From the NCBI GenBank assembly GCA_965262915.1, contig OZ253564.1, positions 2,304,001 to 2,368,000 of the forward strand: 64,000 nt of DNA. The letters run 5' to 3'. The position numbers and the translations under genes were made by a program. Source of the DNA: Candidatus Spongiisociaceae bacterium (GTDB taxonomy: Bacteria; Actinomycetota; Acidimicrobiia; Spongiisociales; Spongiisociaceae). Positions 59,972-64,000 of the stretch are shown here, piece by piece; positions within the stretch are counted from its first letter, which is position 1; each line of letters opens with the position of its first letter. The notes under the pieces are model-generated. The model saw nothing but the letters and a program-made list of their open reading frames with translations. It had not been told where the DNA came from and did no database searches.

Positions 59972-60574
59972 TCAGCTGTCACCACCGTCGTTCCTCCCCA
60001 CCATCTCGAGGAGCATCCGGTGGAGCCGCAGATCCCCCGTCAACTCCGGGTGGAAGGCGGACGCCACCACGTTGCCCGTCCTCACCAGGACCGGACGGCC
60101 CTCGTGGCCGGCCAAGACCTCGATGTCCGATCCGATCGTCTCGACCAGAGGAGCTCGTATGAACACCGCACGGACGGCTTCGTCCCAGCCCTTGACCGCC
60201 AGGTCACACTCGAAGGATTCGTTCTGGCGTCCGAAAGCGTTCCGCTCCACCACCATGTCCAGGACGCCCAGTTGTGGCTGGGTGCCCTCGGTGATTCCCG
60301 AGGCGAGGAAGATCATGCCCGCGCAGGTTCCCAGGGTGGGCATCCCCGAGTCGATGTGCTTGCGCAGCGGGTCGATCAGCCCGTAGAGACCGGCGAGACG
60401 GCCGATGGTCGTGGACTCGCCGCCCGGGATGATGAGGGCATCGATGGCATCGAGGTCACCGGGCATGCGAACCTCGACCGCGGTGCCGCCTGCCTCCGCC
60501 ACCATCCGGATGTGCTCACGCACGTCTCCCTGCAGGGCGAGCACCCCGACGACCGGCGCCGGCGCTTCGGGCAC
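59972..60574 (-). CDS. pdxT: PLP synthase glutaminase subunit
   Basis: GVLALQGD, IPGGESTT, GTCAG, RNAFGRQ, FHPEL. Confidence 0.96.
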   Translation of the reverse strand: MPEAPAPVVGVLALQGDVREHIRMVAEAGGTAVEVRMPGDLDAIDALIIPGGESTTIGRLAGLYGLIDPLRKHIDSGMPTLGTCAGMIFLASGITEGTQPQLGVLDMVVERNAFGRQNESFECDLAVKGWDEAVRAVFIRAPLVETIGSDIEVLAGHEGRPVLVRTGNVVASAFHPELTGDLRLHRMLLEMVGRNDGGDS

Positions 60575-60579
60575 GGTTC

Positions 60580-61482
60580 CTACCAGCCCCGATCCTGCAT
60601 GCGCTGGGAGGCCGGGATGGTGTCGATCTCGATACCCACCATGGCCTCTCCCAGGTTGCGGGAGACCTTGGCGAGTATCTGGGCATCGTTGTAGAAGGTG
60701 GTGGCCTCGACGATGGCCCGCCCCCGCTCCGCCGGGTCGCCGCTCTTGAAGATCCCGGAACCTACGAACACCCCGTCGCAACCCAGTTGCATCATCATGG
60801 CCGCATCCGCCGGGGTGGCGATACCGCCGGCGGCGAAGTTCACCATCGGCAAGCGGCCGAGTTCGGCCACCTCGCGGAGCAACTCGACCGGAGCGTTGAG
60901 ATCCCGGGCGGCGGCCATGATCTGGTCGTCACCGGCGTGGGCGGCCCGCCTTATGTCGTTGTTCATGCGACGCATGTGGGTTACCGCCTCCACAACGTTG
61001 CCGGTACCGGGTTCGCCCTTGGTGCGGATCATCGCGGCGCCCTCGCCGATACGGCGCAGCGCCTCCCCCAGGTCCCGGGCCCCGCACACGAACGGGGTCG
61101 TGAAGGCCCACTTGTCGATGTGATGCTCGACATCGGCCGGGGTCAGCACCTCGGACTCGTCGATGTAGTCGACCCCCAGGCTCTGCAGTATCTGGGCCTC
61201 GACGAAGTGTCCGATCCGGGCCTTGGCCATCACCGGTATGGAGACGGCCTCCATGATCTCCTCCACCCGGGAAGGATCGGCCATGCGGGCCACGCCTCCG
61301 TGGGCCCGGATATCGGCCGGTACCCGTTCGAGGGCCATGACCGCCACCGCACCGGCCTCCTCGGCGATCCGGGCCTGCTCGGCCGTTACGACATCCATGA
61401 TGACGCCGCCCTTCAGCATCTCGGCCAGTCCCCGCTTTACGCGGGCCGTGCCGGTGGAGCGGCCCTTGGTCCCCTGTTCCAC
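60580..61482 (-). CDS. pdxS: PLP synthase lyase subunit
   Basis: [39 protein letters not shown]. Confidence 0.97.
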   Translation of the reverse strand: MEQGTKGRSTGTARVKRGLAEMLKGGVIMDVVTAEQARIAEEAGAVAVMALERVPADIRAHGGVARMADPSRVEEIMEAVSIPVMAKARIGHFVEAQILQSLGVDYIDESEVLTPADVEHHIDKWAFTTPFVCGARDLGEALRRIGEGAAMIRTKGEPGTGNVVEAVTHMRRMNNDIRRAAHAGDDQIMAAARDLNAPVELLREVAELGRLPMVNFAAGGIATPADAAMMMQLGCDGVFVGSGIFKSGDPAERGRAIVEATTFYNDAQILAKVSRNLGEAMVGIEIDTIPASQRMQDRGW

Positions 61483-61673
61483 GGCTCTTTTGTCCTTTCG
61501 ATGGTACCAGTTAGGCCCATTATTCTACCGGGCCTCGCCCCCGATGCAAGACTTCGCCAACCCAACCACATCACCCCCAGGTCAACTCCGACCCCTAACC
61601 GACGCTTTCTGTACCGATGCTGGATCTACCCCGGGTCGCGGTGTTGGCCGCCGGGTGGATGATGCGGGGCGGT

Positions 61674-62651
61674 TCAGCCTTCTGGGCTGTCGGGGCCGCT
61701 GAGCAAGGCCATCTCCTCGGGTGTGAGGCATCCGAGCATCATGGCGACGATCGCCTGTTCCGCCGGCATGGCGGCGTCAGTGTCGCTCTCGTCAGTGTCG
61801 CCTTCGCCGGAGGGGATCTCGCTGAGGGCGTCGACTTGTTCCGCTACGCACGCGGCGCTCTCGGGTGAGACTCCCACCAGGATCAGTTGCGCTGCTGTGA
61901 GCCTTCCGGCCGGTGTGTCGGCTTGGGAAGCGCCGGTCTGAGGCAGGCATTCCGGCGGCAGCAGCAGATTGAGGACTGTCCCAAGCTCCCCGCCGAACAA
62001 CGCGATGTCTGCGGCGAGTCGGTCGGTCTCGGCGCTGGGGGCCGCTGCCTGCGCGCACTCCAGCAGCGCCGGTGGTACGTCGGGGAGTTCTTGCAGCGAC
62101 TCCAGGATGGTCTGTGTCCATGGCAGGCACCCTGCGGCAGCGTCGACGATCCGGTCACGTTCAGGGTTCGAAACGACACCGGCGGGCAGCACAGCGAAGG
62201 ACGGCTCGGCGAGCGCAGCGGCGAGCTCTGAGAGGCGTTCCTCTTCGAGAGCGTCGACTGTCGCGGAGGCCACGCACGCGATCTGTTCGTCGGTGACGCT
62301 TCCGGGGGCGTCCTCCGCCAAGCGGGCCGCGACGGCGAGTTCTGTTTCGGCGCGCAGCGGCGACGGCTCCCCAGCCACAGCGGTGGTGCTCGCCGGTGGT
62401 GCTGTGGTGGTGCTCGCCGGTGGTGCTGTGGTGGTGCTCGCCGGTGGTGCTGTGGTGGTGCTCGCCGGTGGTGCTGTGGTGGTGCTCTCCGGCGGTGCTG
62501 TGGTGGTGCTGGACACGGCCGCGGTGGTCGCTGGTTCGATCACCTCCAGCTGGGAGGTTTGCGTCGCGGGCGGTTGAGGCTCTGTGTCGCCCCCGCACGC
62601 GGAGACTGCAAGCATAGCGACAGCTACTACTGCGAGGAAGAAATTCTTCAT
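61674..62651 (-). CDS. Lipoprotein with Thr/Pro linker (24-bp repeats)
   Basis: Lipobox VSAC; (STTTAPPA)n; repeated ACVA helical units. Confidence 0.8.
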   Translation of the reverse strand: MKNFFLAVVAVAMLAVSACGGDTEPQPPATQTSQLEVIEPATTAAVSSTTTAPPESTTTAPPASTTTAPPASTTTAPPASTTTAPPASTTAVAGEPSPLRAETELAVAARLAEDAPGSVTDEQIACVASATVDALEEERLSELAAALAEPSFAVLPAGVVSNPERDRIVDAAAGCLPWTQTILESLQELPDVPPALLECAQAAAPSAETDRLAADIALFGGELGTVLNLLLPPECLPQTGASQADTPAGRLTAAQLILVGVSPESAACVAEQVDALSEIPSGEGDTDESDTDAAMPAEQAIVAMMLGCLTPEEMALLSGPDSPEG

Positions 62652-63490
62652 ACCGGGATCATAGACACGAGCAGCGACGCGGGGAGGTGACCGTGGCGGT
62701 TAGCGGAATAGCGGCTCTCCCCCTCGACGAATCGAGAGGGTCGAGACCCTGACCCGTTTCCGTCCCAAACCGGCCGACTCCGGCCCGTGGACGTTAACCA
62801 TCGTAACGCAAGGGGCTAGGAGGCGATGTGCGGGCCGGGAGAACGTCGGCACGCACAGAAAGGCCGATGGCCGAACGGTTTGCAAGGCGGGATCAGGAAT
62901 CGACGTGCCGATCTGACGAGGCCCGCGGCGACCCGGGGCGCAATCCGACACGAGATGTGCCGGCCTATCCGCTGCCCGGTGGGCCGATAGTTTGCCTCCT
63001 TGTACCGACGGTTCCGTACACCACTGCAACTTACGGGGAAACCCATGCCTCGGTGGAAGTGGGTATGGCAGGTATCCCGCTGGGACCAAGCATCTGTACG
63101 TTGGCGATTGCCCATGGTCAGCGGATTGTCGGGTGCTGGTTGTGATGGTGATCGCCAAAGTATCTCCTGGGTTGACCATCGAAGTCTCGCCACCCTCCTG
63201 GAATCCGGCCGGGTGTGGCTGCCGGTATGTTTCTCCCCACACCGGGGGTGGTGCCCGGGACCTGCTTCAGGTAGATGTGGGGTCCTTGTTTCGGCAGGCT
63301 AGATGCGGTCGTAAGGCTCGATCTGACCCGCCTGGTCGATCAGTACCCGGCTCACGAGTGGGTTTCCGAGAACCAGCCGGTTCCGACGCCGGAGTATCTT
63401 GGCTAAGGTTTGAGTTGAGGAAACCGACTGATTGCACTCGTCGGTAGCAGGTGGATCGGAGGCAGTATTCCAGAGTCGCGCCCCATAGCT

Positions 63491-64000
63491 ATGCTGGTTG
63501 ACGGTGACAACGCGCAGCCATCCTTGATAGAGCATGTCCTTGCCGAGATCACAAAGTACGGGACAGTAACTACGCGACGGATCTACGGCGACTGGACCAC
63601 AGCACAGATGAGGGGATGGAAAGACTCGCTTCACACCTTTGCCATCCAACCCATCCAACAGTTCCGCTATACCGTCGGTAAGAACTCCACCGACAGCGCA
63701 TTGATAATCGATGCGATGGATCTACTCCATGCAGGAACGGTTGACGGCTTCTGTATAGTATCGAGTGATAGTGACTATACGAGGCTGGCTACAAGAATTC
63801 GTGAACAGGGCTTGTTTGTGATGGGTATAGGTCAGGCTCATACACCCGAGCCGTTTGTGAAGGCATGCGAGATATTCGTCCATACGGAAAACCTGGTTCG
63901 ACCGGCGCAACAAGAAACCCGTACCAAGGATATGGACAAGAAAGAGTGGATCCAGATAGCCGAGCGTGCTGTCGAGATGGCTACCCAGGATGATGGTTGG
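63491..64000 (+). CDS. NYN (LabA/DUF88) domain protein, probably with OST-HTH; runs off the window
   Basis: MLVDGDNA...RRIYGDW...GKNSTDSALIIDAMD...VSSDSDYTRLATRIREQG. Confidence 0.9.
   Translation, partial: MLVDGDNAQPSLIEHVLAEITKYGTVTTRRIYGDWTTAQMRGWKDSLHTFAIQPIQQFRYTVGKNSTDSALIIDAMDLLHAGTVDGFCIVSSDSDYTRLATRIREQGLFVMGIGQAHTPEPFVKACEIFVHTENLVRPAQQETRTKDMDKKEWIQIAERAVEMATQDDGW

Noticed and set aside
62700-63420. tmRNA or other structured RNA in the long intergenic region
   Set aside because: No convincing tmRNA, SRP, RNase P or riboswitch consensus was seen; it may be a degraded gene.

Overview
GC-rich, actinobacterial-type window. An Acidimicrobiia-like host-associated symbiont is inferred from the Cys-containing SLH-like repeats and the many Fn3, cadherin, Calx-beta and LRR surface proteins. 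1-16 kb is an accessory region: the 3' end of a large protein with a C-terminal PD-(D/E)xK-like domain, several toxin-antitoxin modules (mostly decayed), a UvrA2/DrrC-like ATPase, a tyrosine recombinase pseudogene, an un-annotated UxxC thioredoxin-fold selenoprotein candidate, two orphan ABC permeases, a NucS-like nuclease and typA. 16-44.5 kb is a cluster of five large modular surface-protein genes. Three carry enzyme domains (deacetylase, arylsulfotransferase-like, PQQ/GSDH-like) and one carries LRRs. They are interleaved with IS3, IS30, IS110, IS481, ISL3 and IS5 elements or scars, a group II intron remnant and a tandem P-loop ATPase operon. 45-64 kb is mostly housekeeping and metabolic genes (FMN reductase, nitroreductase, GNAT, GcvT/DMGDH family, TIGR00266, acyl-CoA synthetase, msrB, Mo-oxidoreductase, TolB-like, yebC, pdxT/pdxS, lipoprotein, NYN). 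It also holds a lower-GC three-gene TIGR04255 module and the second copy of a ~187-bp MITE. No CRISPR array, rRNA or tRNA was seen. All family assignments come from motif recognition, not database searches.
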